A stretch of DNA of 64,000 nucleotides from Lama glama (lineage: Eukaryota), in the NCBI GenBank assembly GCA_028534125.1, contig CM052818.1:9736001-9800000 (forward strand), written 5' to 3'. Position 1 is the first letter of the stretch, and every line of letters starts with the position of its first letter. A model generated the notes under the pieces. The model searched no databases and was not told the DNA's origin. It saw only the letters and a list, made by a program, of their open reading frames with translations. Both the position numbers and the translations under genes were made by a program. Below are positions 35,275 through 48,100 of this stretch, one piece after another.

Positions 35275-36560
35275 TATTTTTAAATTTAATTTTTCACTTT
35301 GAAATAATTTCAAACTTACAGGAAAGTTGCAAGAAAAGTACCGAGTGTTTTTTCCCTTAACCATGAGCCTATCACCCCAAATACATTAGTGTGTGATTCC
35401 TACAAACAAGGACAGTCTTCTACTTCACTACAACGTAGCTATCAAAATTAGGAAATTAACACTGACATTACACTGATATTACTCACTCAAGTTTCACCAG
35501 TTGTCCCAACAATGTCCTTCATAGTCAAGGGATAACACTTTGCATTTAATTGTTATGTCCCTTTAGTCTTCACCAATTGGAAACAGTCTTTCCTTAACTC
35601 TCGTTAGTTTAACGTTTTTAAGGATTTCGGGCCAGTTATTTTGTAGACTGTTCCTCATTTGGATTTGCCTAATGTTTCCTTATAATTAGATTCAGGTTAT
35701 ACCTTTCCAGCAAGAATACCACAGAAGAGACTATCTTCTTGCATCTTCTCAGATGTCACACAGTTTTGATTATTGCAGTTACTGATGATTGTGCTTTGAT
35801 CAGTAAATGAAGACGTGATGTGGGCCAAGCTTCTCCACTTTTATAGTTACTCTTCTCCTTTAATAAGTGTCTTACAGGGACACCATAAAACTTTCATTCA
35901 CTAGTTTTAGCATTCACTGAAGATTTTCATCTGAATTAATTACTACAATGATTATCAAATGATTTTCTAATTCCACCGTTCCTTTTACACTTACTGGTTG
36001 GCATTACACTGAAAGGTAGAGTTTTCCCTTCTTGTGGATTCATGGCTTCCTATTTTATTTGATGGTTTATAATTTGCTACCAACATTTATTTTGATTTCT
36101 AAGTGTTGACTTGGCCAGTGGGTGCCCCTTCAAGTTGGCCCCCATGTCCTTTTAACTTGTCTTTATTCTTGGAGCATGTTTGTTCTTTCTAATACAAAGA
36201 TATTCCAGGCGCATCTTGTATTTCATCTGCACCAGCCTTGGAATGGGCTATTTCTCTAAGAGGAACTGGTTCCTTTTCATGGAAAATGACAGTTACAAAA
36301 AAGATCTGGGCACTAGGTGTGCTCATCGTTATTGTGGCATTGCTGCTCCCAAGCCCTCTCATGGTGCGTGCACTATGCATTTATCTACCTGTTCTGAAAA
36401 ATATGAGTTTATACCAGTACTTCCAACTCCAGCCTTATTCTAGTTTTCTCCCTTTGCATATTTGTAACTTCTTTCTCTGATAGTGAGAAATTTGGCTCCT
36501 ATTAGCCTTAATATATTTACTTAATAGATTCAGTCACCCTTATAAGTAACCAGTCTCCTA
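35275..36560 (-). mobile_element. Old L1 3' region (L1MC/MD-like)
   Basis: tttgaaataatttcaaacttacaggaaagttgcaag...; ttttgtagactgttcctcatttggatttgcctaatgtttcc; boundaries approximate. Confidence 0.7.
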
Positions 36561-36959
36561 TTACTGCATTCTTACTCCAGATCACTGAGACTCTCCTCCC
36601 TTCTACCCTCAGATGTTCTCAGGCTCCACACTGGGCCACCACCTTTGCCCCCTGTGGCAATACCTACCTGTACGTAGCTCAGAATAAGCAAATGATTTTT
36701 GTCTTGAATTGTTCAGCAAGGGACAGAGACAGGCAGGAAATAAGTCAGGAAGGCAGAAAATAAAAATCTTTTAAAAAGGCATTTCAGTAGTTACATATGC
36801 AAGTATATTCAGCTGTAGCAGTCCATAAGATGTCTAATGTTTCTAAGCAACCAAAACTACCTTTCTCTGTAAGGAGGATGCTATAAATATAAAGAAAATC
36901 TCACTGATAGTTTTAAAGTCAAATAGGTACAAATTGTAAGGGTTTTAGAATTTTTTCCA

Positions 36960-36965
36960 TTTATT
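36960..36965 (-). terminator. Candidate distal poly(A) signal of REL (long 3' UTR)
   Basis: Minus-strand AATAAA preceded by several TGTA motifs (36994-37035) and followed by U-rich sequence, at the end of an AT-rich, repeat-poor block. Confidence 0.45.
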
Positions 36966-39654
36966 ATATTTCCAAGGAAAAAAAATCACTGTATACAAGG
37001 TATTACATACAAAGGTAATAAAATATTCTGTACAATAGAAGGTATTTTGACATTTTAAAAATGATTACATCTTGATATCACACTTAACCTTAAATAATTA
37101 AACAGTACCTGAGAACTTTTAAAAATCAGTTTTTTTCAGTGCACCCAGATTCATTACAGTCATTAATAACTATATAAAAACACTCAGAACAGTTTAAAAA
37201 ACTGGAATAGTGCCATTCTGCAGGGATCTGGATTCATCATAGTCAATAGTATTGTTAAGTACATTCTTTTAAAATGGAAGTCATCTTGAAAAGGGTTCAT
37301 CTGATCTGAACCATGCGTTTAAGAAAGCCCATACCCAAATACTGTGTTTTCCTTTCCAACTCAAAGCTACCTGAACTATGCACCAGTGACCACCATTTTC
37401 AGCTAGTTATCCAATAAAATCAAGTGTGTTACCAACAAAGTCTTCTGAAACTGAATTCCACAAGGAGACCCCTAAATACTCCAACTTATCTATTTTTTAT
37501 TACATTTTATGCAAAGCTGTAATGTTTTGATTAAAGTTTAAGAAGAAAAATAGGCAAGATGAATGTTTGATACTTTTAACAAAATTTATATTTTATTTAT
37601 CTGCTAATATTCCTGAAAACTTGATATACGGAAATACCAACATTTTGTACTAATTACTGTATATTACTCTTCACACATAGGGGTTTAATGAATTTTTGGT
37701 AATTCTTTAAACTTTTAAAAGTCCAATAGTAAACTGAAGTTGTAGAAGTAAGAGATAAGAATATTAGGGTATGATAAATTCTACTCCCTTTAAATAATTA
37801 CTAGCAGGTGGTATTTTTTCCCAAAGCCATGGACATTTAGAATAGAAAAAAACATTTAGAAGAAATATTGCTTAAAAATTGTATCTGTTTTATTAGTGAG
37901 GGTAGTGGGGACATGATGGTCTTTGGTTTGGGGCTTTTTAGTTTTGGGGGATTTTCTGGTCTATATTTTTGAATGCATGAAAAAAAATTACAGACACGAT
38001 TACGCTTGAGATTTGATCTTATCCACTGATGTTAAGTCTGTACTTTAAACTCTGCTAAGATATATTAGTTAAAATATTAATTTGACTAGATCGTAGGCAA
38101 ACAAAGGCATAAAATGGATACAGACAACCCATATATTTATCTCTGATTCACTACCCACTCCTAGGCTTATAATGTTAAACAGCATGAAATTTTCTATTAT
38201 ATGTGATGCAAAAAGCACCTTAATTTTGTCCCTCTCAAAGTCAATCTCCAGAAACAAAACAGATCATAAATCTTTCAGTAGCCACTTCATTAGCTATGAT
38301 GAGCCTCCTTTTTAGTAAGATAGTCGTATTACTCCCAATTCATAGTCAACTTTGGTAAAGAAATTAAGAATCATAGAATTTCAGAATTGGAAGTTACTGA
38401 TTTTATCTTCACTATATAATAGGAAATGGTCTGGAAAGAATAAGGCCAAATGAAGGCCTTCCAGCTAGCCACTCTAAAGAGAATCTCATCTCGGGGTTGT
38501 TACTAAAGAGTCGAATCCATAGTGATTTCTGTCACTCTGCAAACTGGAAGAAATGTTTGGATTAGAGATTAATCAAGGCCACAGGATCTATGCAGATGTC
38601 GGTTTATTAACAATGTTTGATTAGCACTGTATATTTTACAGCATTGCTTCTTATGCATTATTTTATTTAATACAATACACTTTGTGAGATAAGTAGGCTG
38701 GAAATTATATGCATTTTATATTTGGGAGAGGCCCACAGTAAAGTGCTAAATATTACATAACTTCTAAGTGGCAGAGCTGAAGATGCAAACCCAGATGTTT
38801 TGATTAAAAATTACTTATTCTTTCCATTTCTTTATGCTATTTAACATCACAAAGTTATTTTTCATCCCTCAATAAATCAATTTATGATATAATACAACAA
38901 ATTATTTGGTGCTATTAGGCAGCCTGCATCATCAATTCCAAGTCTCTCCTAACATGGGCAGTATAATTAGTTTTTCTGAAGTATTAAGTTAGAAATTGAC
39001 AACCCAGCTGTTTTTGTTCACTAAGGTTTTGAGTAGGGAACCCCAGTTACCAATGTAAAATGCCATTAAGACAGTGGGTTCTGGTGACAGAAATCAGAAT
39101 AGTGATTTTGAGGAGAAAGTAGATTGGGGAGGGATATGAAGGAAACTTCTGGGGAGCCAGATATGATTATTTACATATGTAAAAATTCATCAAGCTGTGC
39201 ACTTAAAATTAGTCCACTTTACTGTATAGGTTATCCCTCAAAAGAAAAAGACTGATATCTTTGAGAGTAAGACTGGTCTCATTCACCTGTGTCATTTCTA
39301 GCACCTGATATGGTGCTTTGCACATTAGATATTCAAAAATGTGATAGGTGACTGATTACATAAATACTGGTGTTTCTGTGCCAGGGTAAGGTGCTAAGAA
39401 AATACAACAAGGAGAATTAAGATTAAACCTGACAGATACAACAGAGAGAGAAGCAGCAAGGTCAGAGATTATGAAACAGTCTTAGTAACTATAAAATTTC
39501 TAACAAATACAGCCGACACTACAGGAGAGAGAGAGAAAAGTATTTCACGAGTCTGGTAATCCCGGCATCACTGCTTTTCCCTTTGAAAACCATATCCTTG
39601 TCCACATTTTCTATAATGACTCCTATGTCAATTTCACCCTTCCCTCTCTAATAA

Positions 39655-40620
39655 TGCTGCTATTTACTCAGCACCAACTATGACAGGGATTGTGCTAAGT
39701 GATGGAGTCCCAAAGGTGAATAAGACAGACTTTAAATAACTGCATTTTTCAGTGAGGAGTTCTGCAATAGGGGCATGAAGAAAGCTGTACTCAGCTAGGG
39801 AGGCATGACCAAACTTCAGAGGAGAAGCCTTGTCTTAAAGACCATCTGTTGTGGTTGTAAAGAGCAGAGGCAGAGTGGATAATATGTAAAAGGCATGGAG
39901 GCCTAGTGGCCTGAAAGTTTTTTCAAGGGATGCTATCTATATGGTATGGTATAGCGAGGAATGGAGTATTTTTAACTGGAGCAATAGAGAAAAGATTCTT
40001 GTTGGGGAAAAAATGAAGGCCTACACTAAGAAAGCAGCAGGAATGAAGGAAGGACAAATGCAAGAGATTTTTAGGAGGCAGACCCAAAAGGATTTGGTAA
40101 CTCTTGAGGGAGTGTGAAGGAGAAAAAAAATAAAGTATGATTTTGAGATTCCTATTAAATATCTTGCTTGGACGGCAGGGTAAATAGTAATGCCATTAAT
40201 GATAGTAGAGACTTGCAACAGGAGTAAAGGCATTCAGGTACCGTGAGAGAAAGGTGAAGCTTTCTGAGCACTGACGAGGTCACCCAGGGGGAAACAGCAC
40301 CAACTGAGGATGGGGGCTGAGACTCTGGAAAGAAAATCAACCTCAGACGGGAATCCTGTCTACCACAGAAACTTTGGAGGAGCATCCAAGGATGTCAAGA
40401 GGATGGGTAGGTCGAGCAGGGTGAGGACTGATAAAAAAAAAAAAAAGACACTAGATTTGACAAGAGAGGTGTCTCTGGTCACTCTTCCCAGAATATTATA
40501 TGAAAATGGTAGGAGATAAAAGTGAAAGACTGATGGGCTAAAGAATGACTGGGAAGTGAGGAAATGGAGGCTGAAAGCATTTCAAACGTCTGAATGTGAT
40601 GGGAAGCAGCATGAGGATGG
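39655..40620. mobile_element. L2 remnant
   Basis: atttactcagcaccaactatgacagg...gctaaagaatgactgggaagtgaggaaatggag; boundaries approximate. Confidence 0.6.
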
Positions 40621-40919
40621 TAGGAAAGGTGTTCACCTTTTTTAGGCTAGAGAAAACGTCTACCATGTGTATACACAGAAAAGCACTAAATGGTGACAGG
40701 AGGGTACAGAAACAAGATGGGGAGAAAGAAGGAGGGACCCAGTGTACAAGTAGAGCTTAAAAGTAGAGGTCATCTTTTCCTCAAAGCTGAAAGTGGTATT
40801 GTGAGAGCAGCCGAAAGTGTAAATACATTTAAAGAAAGAGAAGAAGCAGGTTGTCAATTTTTTAAAATTATAAAATCTATGATCCATAAATAGCACCTGA
40901 AAAATGAAAAATCCATTTG

Positions 40920-41052
40920 ATATACTCTGAACACAAATGTAACAGGAACTTAATTCAGCTTACACAGAAAAAACCCTGCAAAACAAATCAATATACTCTG
41001 AACACAAATGTAACAGGAACTTAATTCAGCTTACACCCTGCAAAACAAGTCA
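40920..41052. repeat. Tandem duplication (71-bp and 62-bp copies)
   Basis: atatactctgaacacaaatgtaacaggaacttaattcagcttacac... occurs twice; the second copy lacks 9 bp. Confidence 0.92.
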
Positions 41053-41849
41053 ATTGTTTAATTTAAAAAAATCCATTCATTTAGATATCCTAACAGTCAG
41101 TGTTAAAGCTGATAAGTGCTAATTAATACAAAATCATAGGATTTTGTATTTTAAAAAAGGTTCTCCATCTATAAGCCACTATCTGGAGCTATTCTGGGTT
41201 CATATTTTGAACAAGAAACTATGCCTTCAGGTTTCTTAATTCCTGGTAAGTTTTACTAAAGTATGTTATATGCTTATGATTTTTAAAGTTATTTAACAGA
41301 AATGTTTCATTTTGAAATCATAATTTCTGAGAAATATTAATGATACTTAGGTCCTTTAATCGTCTTTTGCTTCTCAAACTGTCCTGATCCCAAGTCTTGT
41401 CTTGCTCTCCTTCTCATTTCCCAGTTTCATTCAACTCAGAATTTTAATGGCATGCACATATTGCCCATTTTGACCAAACTGGCTAGTTTTATTTGCCCCA
41501 GTAAATTTATGGTTTGGTTGGATACTATATAAGTGAATTTTTTTCTAGCTAAGAATATACTCAACATTTATAGTAGGTTCTAGTTGTAAAATAAACTAGG
41601 TCTTTAATAAGTTACTTAGCGTCATGATAATTCCATCACAATTAAGATTATTGCCCAAATGCTACAATCATTTTGCCACTGGAATTACTCTGCTTTCAAA
41701 CAATTTGGGTCTTCATTATTAATCCTCTACCTAAATGTACATGATTCTGATACAGTAAACCCAATGTCACATTAAACACAACTATAAAAATCATAAACTA
41801 ATAAAGCTATTCTCTCTTTCAAAAACTAAGGTTCTATTAGTAGTTCTTT

Positions 41850-42890
41850 GAACATTCAATAAATATTTACTGAGTGCTTAATACGAGGCAGACACTGTTC
41901 TACAAATGTAGGATTCAACAAGCAAAACACAAAATTTTGCCCTCACGGAGCTTATATTCCAATATAGGAAAACAAACAGAAACAAATGCTTAGCAGAGTC
42001 AGATCTTGATAAGTGCTGTGGACAAATTTAAAGGAGGGGGGGCATGGACTGCCAATGTATACATAGTCAAGAAAGGCCTTGATCAAATGACAGCTGAGTG
42101 AGACTGAAGGACTAGGGAGGGAGCTATGCATGTATCTGAGGGTAGACATTTAAGGCAGAGGGAACACCAAGTACAAAGGGTCTAAGGCAGGAGTGTCTGC
42201 AGTGCTTTTGTGGATGAACACAGACCAGAGAGTGCCCAGAGCTGAATGAGATGGGAGAAACGGTAGTGGAGGAGAGCAGGAGAGGGAGTGCAGGCCTGCT
42301 AATTTTGAGGATTTTGGTCTTAGAGAGCCACTGGATGGTTTTGAGCAGATGACTATGATTCTGACGTGTTTTAAAAAAAATCACTCTGGCTACTTCAGGC
42401 AGAACAGATTGTAGGATTGCAAGGATGTAAAGAGAGTTTTGGAAACTATAGCTTCGATCTAGGCAAGAGATGATGGTGGCCTGGAACAGGATGTTAACAG
42501 TAGAGGTCAAAAGAGGTGGTCGGCTTTGGACACATTTTGAAGGTAGGGCCAAGCGGATTTCCTGATGGACTGGATATGCAAGATAGAAGAATAAAAGATG
42601 ACTCCATTGTTTTGGGCCTGAGCAACTGGAAACATGGCATTGCCATTTAATCACCTGAGGAAGACTGAGGAGTAAGCAAGTTTGGGAGGGAAGATCAAGA
42701 ACTTGGCTCTGGATATGTTGAGTTGAGCTTTAATTAGATTTCCACATGGAGATATCAAATAGGCAGTTTTACACACAGGCATATGCCCCAACTCGAGTTC
42801 GGGGGATGGGTCTAAGCTAGGGGTAAAATGTGGGAGTTGACAGCATGAAATTGGATGAGATCACAGTGAGTGTGGACACGTAAGAGAGAA
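41850..42890. mobile_element. L2 remnant
   Basis: cattcaataaatatttactgagtgctta...ggcagagggaacacc...gatgactccattgttttgggcctgagcaactgg, characteristic of L2 3' regions. Confidence 0.75.
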
Positions 42891-43254
42891 AACTTCTTCC
42901 CCTTAAAAATATGAGTGTAGAGCTAAAATCATAAGCAATTTTAAAAGGTATGGATTTAAATAGTCCAAAATGTAGAGAACCTTCCATCACCTTGAAAGCT
43001 TACTTCAACTGCCTTCTGCCCAGCTTAGCATTTAAAAGAAATTTTGATTTACATATAAATCTAAGAAACTCCAAGAAGCCTCAGAAAACCCCTTAGGGGT
43101 CACCTTGGCCCAGGGGCCTCAAAAATAAGAAGAAATTAATTTTTCCAATGGCATAGCCATTACAGGTTTTACCTTAAATTTGCTTAAAAGCAAATATCAG
43201 TTAATTCATTTAATTAAAAATACATTATAAAAGAAGTATAAAAAAGTGTATCTG

Positions 43255-43463
43255 GTACACATTACTATATATATAAAGTAGATAAACAACAAGGACCTAC
43301 TGTATAGCATAGGGAATTATATTCAGTTTCTTGTAATAAGGTGTAATGGAAAATAATCTGAAAAAAATATGTATATGTACAACTGAATTGTTTTGCTGCA
43401 CCTCAGACTAACATTGTGAATCGACTACACTTCAATAAAAAAGAACTAAAAAAATTTTTTCTT
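43255..43463 (+). mobile_element. 5'-truncated L1 3' end
   Basis: atatataaagtagataaacaacaaggacctactgtatagcatagggaa...caataaaaa; 13-bp TSD AAAAGTGTATCTG at 43242-43254 and 43464-43476. Confidence 0.85.
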
Positions 43464-43604
43464 AAAAGTGTATCTGCAGAACCTGGAGCCTTGCTTTAAT
43501 GTTCTCCTAAGTCTGTCCTGGGAAAATGCGGCAGGACTCTCAAGACAGAATTCCCACCACACACAGTGTCAGGTCACGTGTTTCAAAAGAAGAAACAGTA
43601 AAAC

Positions 43605-43754
43605 TTTTATTTATTTATTTATTTTTAGGGTTTTTTTTCTGGGGGGGTTAGGTTTATTTATTTATCTATTTATTTTAATGGAGGTACTGGGGATTGAACT
43701 CAGGACCTCGTGCATGCTAAGCATGCACTCTACCAGTGAGCTATACCCTCCCCC
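43605..43754 (-). mobile_element. tRNA-derived SINE (Vic-1-like) downstream of the REL stop
   Basis: ggtactggggattgaactcaggacctcgtgcatgctaagcatgcactctaccagtgagctataccctccccc with a (TTTA)n tail; TSD not clear. Confidence 0.88.
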
Positions 43755-43860
43755 ATACTAAAGCCCTTTTAAATGACTATTTGAGAATTTTTCTTTTATG
43801 ACAGTTTCCAACTTGTATTCTACATACTCAAAATTGTTTTTTTTTAATGGAGAAACTGAT

Positions 43861-43866
43861 TTTATT
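43861..43866 (-). terminator. Candidate proximal poly(A) signal of REL
   Basis: AATAAA on the minus strand about 475 nt past the REL stop codon; position only, no transcript data. Confidence 0.5.
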
Positions 43867-44339
43867 CAATATTTAACATGTCACAGATTCATCATACACT
43901 TTCTATGGTCACATAATTTAACCTGGGCTGAAATATGTACTAGTTTAAATAAACATTCTTTGCATGTAGGATTTCACAATGCATCATAGCCTTGAAGTTC
44001 AGTCTGTGTGGATTATCTACTTTTAAAGCATAAGTCATCTGTAAGTGCTGGACTTTTCCTAGCTCTTCGTGAAGTTGGGGAATGAGTTCATCCCTCTTTC
44101 AGCTGCAGCTTTAAGCACTGAGCATTCATCTTTCATTATATCCCAACAAATTCTGCCAGCAAAATGAGAAGCTCCCAAGCCAAGACTTAGAGGAATCCCC
44201 TACATACCTAAAGTTATAATTACAGTTGATCCTTGTGTTATAGTTTCAGAGAAATATCGAACACAGAATCTATATACGGAATATCAAAATGGTTGCAAAC
44301 CTTAGACTTAATTCTTGCTCACAATTTAAACATTACAAG

Positions 44340-45121
44340 TTACCTTGGAAAAAATCCAAGTGCAAATGAGTCACTCAGTTGCTCATTTTGCATAGTGCCA
44401 ATACCTGAATACTGACTATTTTGAACAAAACTATGACTGTTTGGATTAGTACCGTTTGATGGTCCTGACTCATTTATCATACTGTTATCTGCACAAGTAA
44501 AGTCAGATCCCTCAAATGCCTCTGATTGTGCGACAAAAGCAGTAGTACTGGAACTGGCGACTGCTGACATACTGGAAGAGGACATCTGATGGAGCTGTCT
44601 CAAGTCTCTTGGGTCTAAAAATGAATTACAGGAAGGGTTTTCAAGATTCATGCTCACAAGTCTCGGATTATCAGTCTCCCTCATGGTGTCATTACTGGGC
44701 GGTATCATATTCACAGGGCAATTAGGCAGCATGCTGGCATCAGAAATACCATATAAGTCAGCTGGTGACACGGATGATGCTTCCATTCTGCCTATGTCAT
44801 TAGTATTGTTATAAATGCAGGTACTAGAAGCATTCAAATCACTCACAGACATATCCAGGAATGGTGAGATAACTTGTGAATTAGAGGAAAGTGCCCCTGT
44901 TGAAAAACTGCTCAGTGAATTTGTATTCACTGAGCGTGAGGTGGAGTGGGCCACTGATGACCAGCTTGAAGAAGGCTGAGGTACCACTGGTGGTATGGGT
45001 GAAGCATGATGTGACAATGCACTTGAGATGGACACAGATGAGGAATAGTAGGATTCTGCTTGACTTGAAACTGGCCTGGATGTTTCTGTCAGAACTGCAC
45101 CATGAGAAAACAAGTTTGATT
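44340..45121 (-). CDS. REL: REL last coding exon (transactivation region, SNLFSHG...[10 protein letters not shown])
   Basis: ccacag|AATCAAAC...; ORF 44340..45113 (257 aa) resembles the c-Rel C-terminus ([34 protein letters not shown]). Confidence 0.96.
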
Positions 45122-48100
45122 CTGTGGGGGAGGAAATGTATTTTTACAAAACTGAAATAAGCAAAATTATAAAAAGCATTATTTCTAAATTAAAATTACA
45201 TGAATACACTAAATAAAAATGTTTCAAGGAAACTGATGTAACATTTCAAATAAAAATGTTAAATAGCACTAAAATTATTATGAGTCCAAAACTGAATTAT
45301 TAATACTTACTGTTTTTACAAACATCTATAAAATACTTTGGTAAGTTATTTCGGCATAGATAATTTCATTTCAGTTAAATGTGAAAATCTAGCTTCTGAG
45401 GCCTTATAAAGGTGTTTCTGAATGGTGACAAATACCAGAATTTCAGTAACTGGGTCTCTAAACAGTCAAAATCATTTTATATTCTCCACTTTTAGGAGAA
45501 AATAAAGGGTTGGAGGAAACAGTGGTTAGGGATAACTGAAAAATCCACATAAACTTTCTAAGCTATATTAAGATATAACTTAAAGGTACTACAAAATTCC
45601 CAGTCAGAAAAAAATAAAGGATTCTGTATTTACTGACATGTTTTATGACTGCTGTACATATTAAACCAGGATAAAGCACTGACTTAAGAATGTAAAAAGA
45701 AAAAAGGACTTCCAATTAACCCTGCTTGAATGGTCTAAATCAGAAATTGGCAACTTTTTTCCTAAGGGTCAGACAGTACATTTTTTGGCTTTGTAGGCCA
45801 CATAGCCTCTGTTAGAACTGCTGCTATAATACAAAAAAAAGCAGCCATAAACAAAGTTCATTCGAATGAGCTGTGTGCCAGTAAAACTTCACAAATAAAG
45901 ATAGGCAACAAACCATTTCTTCATGACACACTGTAATTAGGAAAATTACCAGCATATAAACAAAATGCAATTTCTCAAACAATAAACCCCCAAAATATAC
46001 ATAGTTACCAAAAAGGACATTCAGAAGCTGAGATCAATTCATCCAATATTCAGAACATGAAAAAAGACGTAGGAGTGGGATATATCAAAGAGGCAGTTTT
46101 CACTCCTAAGAATGTGCAAAGCACTGGTCTCTCTAATCACAAGGAATACTCTATAGGGAATAAAATACCTTTTTTGATGAATCTTCCTTCTCCAGTTGAT
46201 CCTAGGGGGCTAGGTCTAGGTCTTTCAGGAAAAGTAACTCCTGTGATAAATTTTTTCCATTATTAAATGTAATTTGAAAAACAACTGTCTCAGTTAAAAT
46301 TTGGAAAACTGAATAAAACCAATAAACAAAAACAAAAACCCCAAATTTATTTAAATCACAAATCCACCCTAAATATTCTTACCACAATCCTGCCACAGTT
46401 TCTGGAAGAGTAGACTTGTTTTTTGCTTCTTTGCTTTATTGCCATATGTATCTGGTTAGAAAGAAACCGAGAAACCATGTGAATCATCACAGGATTACAC
46501 TTCCTCTCCTCTAATAAATATATAGATGTTTTATTACTATATAGAAAATGCTTTAAATAAATGTACATAATATGGATTTATAAGTGTTGAAAAGTGTGTT
46601 CCAAGTCAATAATGAAGGATATTTTTCTCTTAGTAAAAAAGAGTTTATAATACTCATTTTCTTATAGCACCTACAAGTCACCAACGTCAATTAACGCAAA
46701 AAGGGCCAAAATGGAGACCACTTTCTCAATGGCAAGTTTGCTGTCTATCAAAAGGGTACATACAATAAGGACCAAAATGAATCTCAAATATAAAACAAAT
46801 TTTGATAAACAGTTTGGATACTTTGAAATTATTCCAGATTTCTTTCCTAATAAAGAGATGCAAAGAGCACAAAGATCAGTCAGTATAAAATCGACCAAAA
46901 ACTTTCAGGAAAAGAAATGCAAATTATGAATAAACATAAGTGTAATGCAAATGTATCTTACAAGAAAATGTTATTAGCTAGCACGACTAACTTTAAGAAA
47001 TATATAATACATTACCACGAAAAAGTCATACCTTTTTCATCCGGCAGATATCTAAAATCCATAGATTCACTGACTTCCTGGTCAGAAGGTCTCCGCAACT
47101 GCATTTTTACTGTTACAGGTTCCGTTATTGCTTTGCAATACGGTGGAGTCTTGAAAACAATGGCTACTTGACGGTGTACATCAGCTTGTGAAAAGATACC
47201 TTTTGCTTCCCAATCGTTCAACACAAACCGAACTTCTATGTCATCTAGTGAATACGAAAGCAAACAATAATGGGAAAACAAAGTAAAATACATCTATTGA
47301 TCTAAAATATATTCTGAATTCAATGAAACAAAAAAACAAAACAAACAAAAAAAATACCTTTCTGAACTTTATCACAGAGTAGAAATATTTCATCTCCTCC
47401 TCTGACACTTCCACAGTTCTTGTTCACACGACAAATCCTTAATTCTGCAGTATTAGGAGCACCTAAGCATAAAGGATTTTTTTTTAATGAGTTGCTACCT
47501 TAGTAATATGTTTTATTCCTTTTTGATAGATAGAATTTTAGGAAAACAATTAACAGCATAGATTAAAAACTTCAGTGTATAAATAAATTAAGGACATTAG
47601 ATACTTAAATTATCCACATCTGTCCCTTTCCTTTCTTAAGAGCATTGCTCAAGCTGGTCTAGAGCCTTATGATTTCATTTCTAGGCAATGACATGTCCTC
47701 TAATTAAATGTCTTTGCTTCTGAATTCTGATTCTTCCTATCTGTCCTACACCTGTCATCAGATTAATCTTTTAAAATCACCACCACCCTATGGCAATGCA
47801 ATCTTCATGCTTCCTCTTATCTGGTCGATATTATTTCCAGTGACTCCCTGGCATTCAAAGCCCTCCATGATAAGGCTACTGATCTACCTTTATAGCCCTG
47901 TGTTCTGTCCTTCTACATGCACAACAGGTATGATCATACACCACTGGTGGGTGCTTATATAGGAATATATACACACACACAAATAATTGAGGGCAATTTC
48001 ATAATCTTTCAAAACTATAAATATCCATATCCTTTGATCTAGCATTTGCTAACATTTCTACTTCTGCAAATTTATGACATTGGCACAAGATATGCACATA

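Noticed and set aside
36274..36286. Minus-strand TTTTC-CAT-GAAAA, resembling a Roquin-binding CDE stem-loop
   Set aside because: Sits inside an old L1 and beyond the candidate distal REL poly(A) signal, so it is unlikely to be in the mRNA.
42124..42654. 176-aa ORF on the - strand
   Set aside because: Entirely within an L2 remnant, non-ATG start, no recognisable domain.
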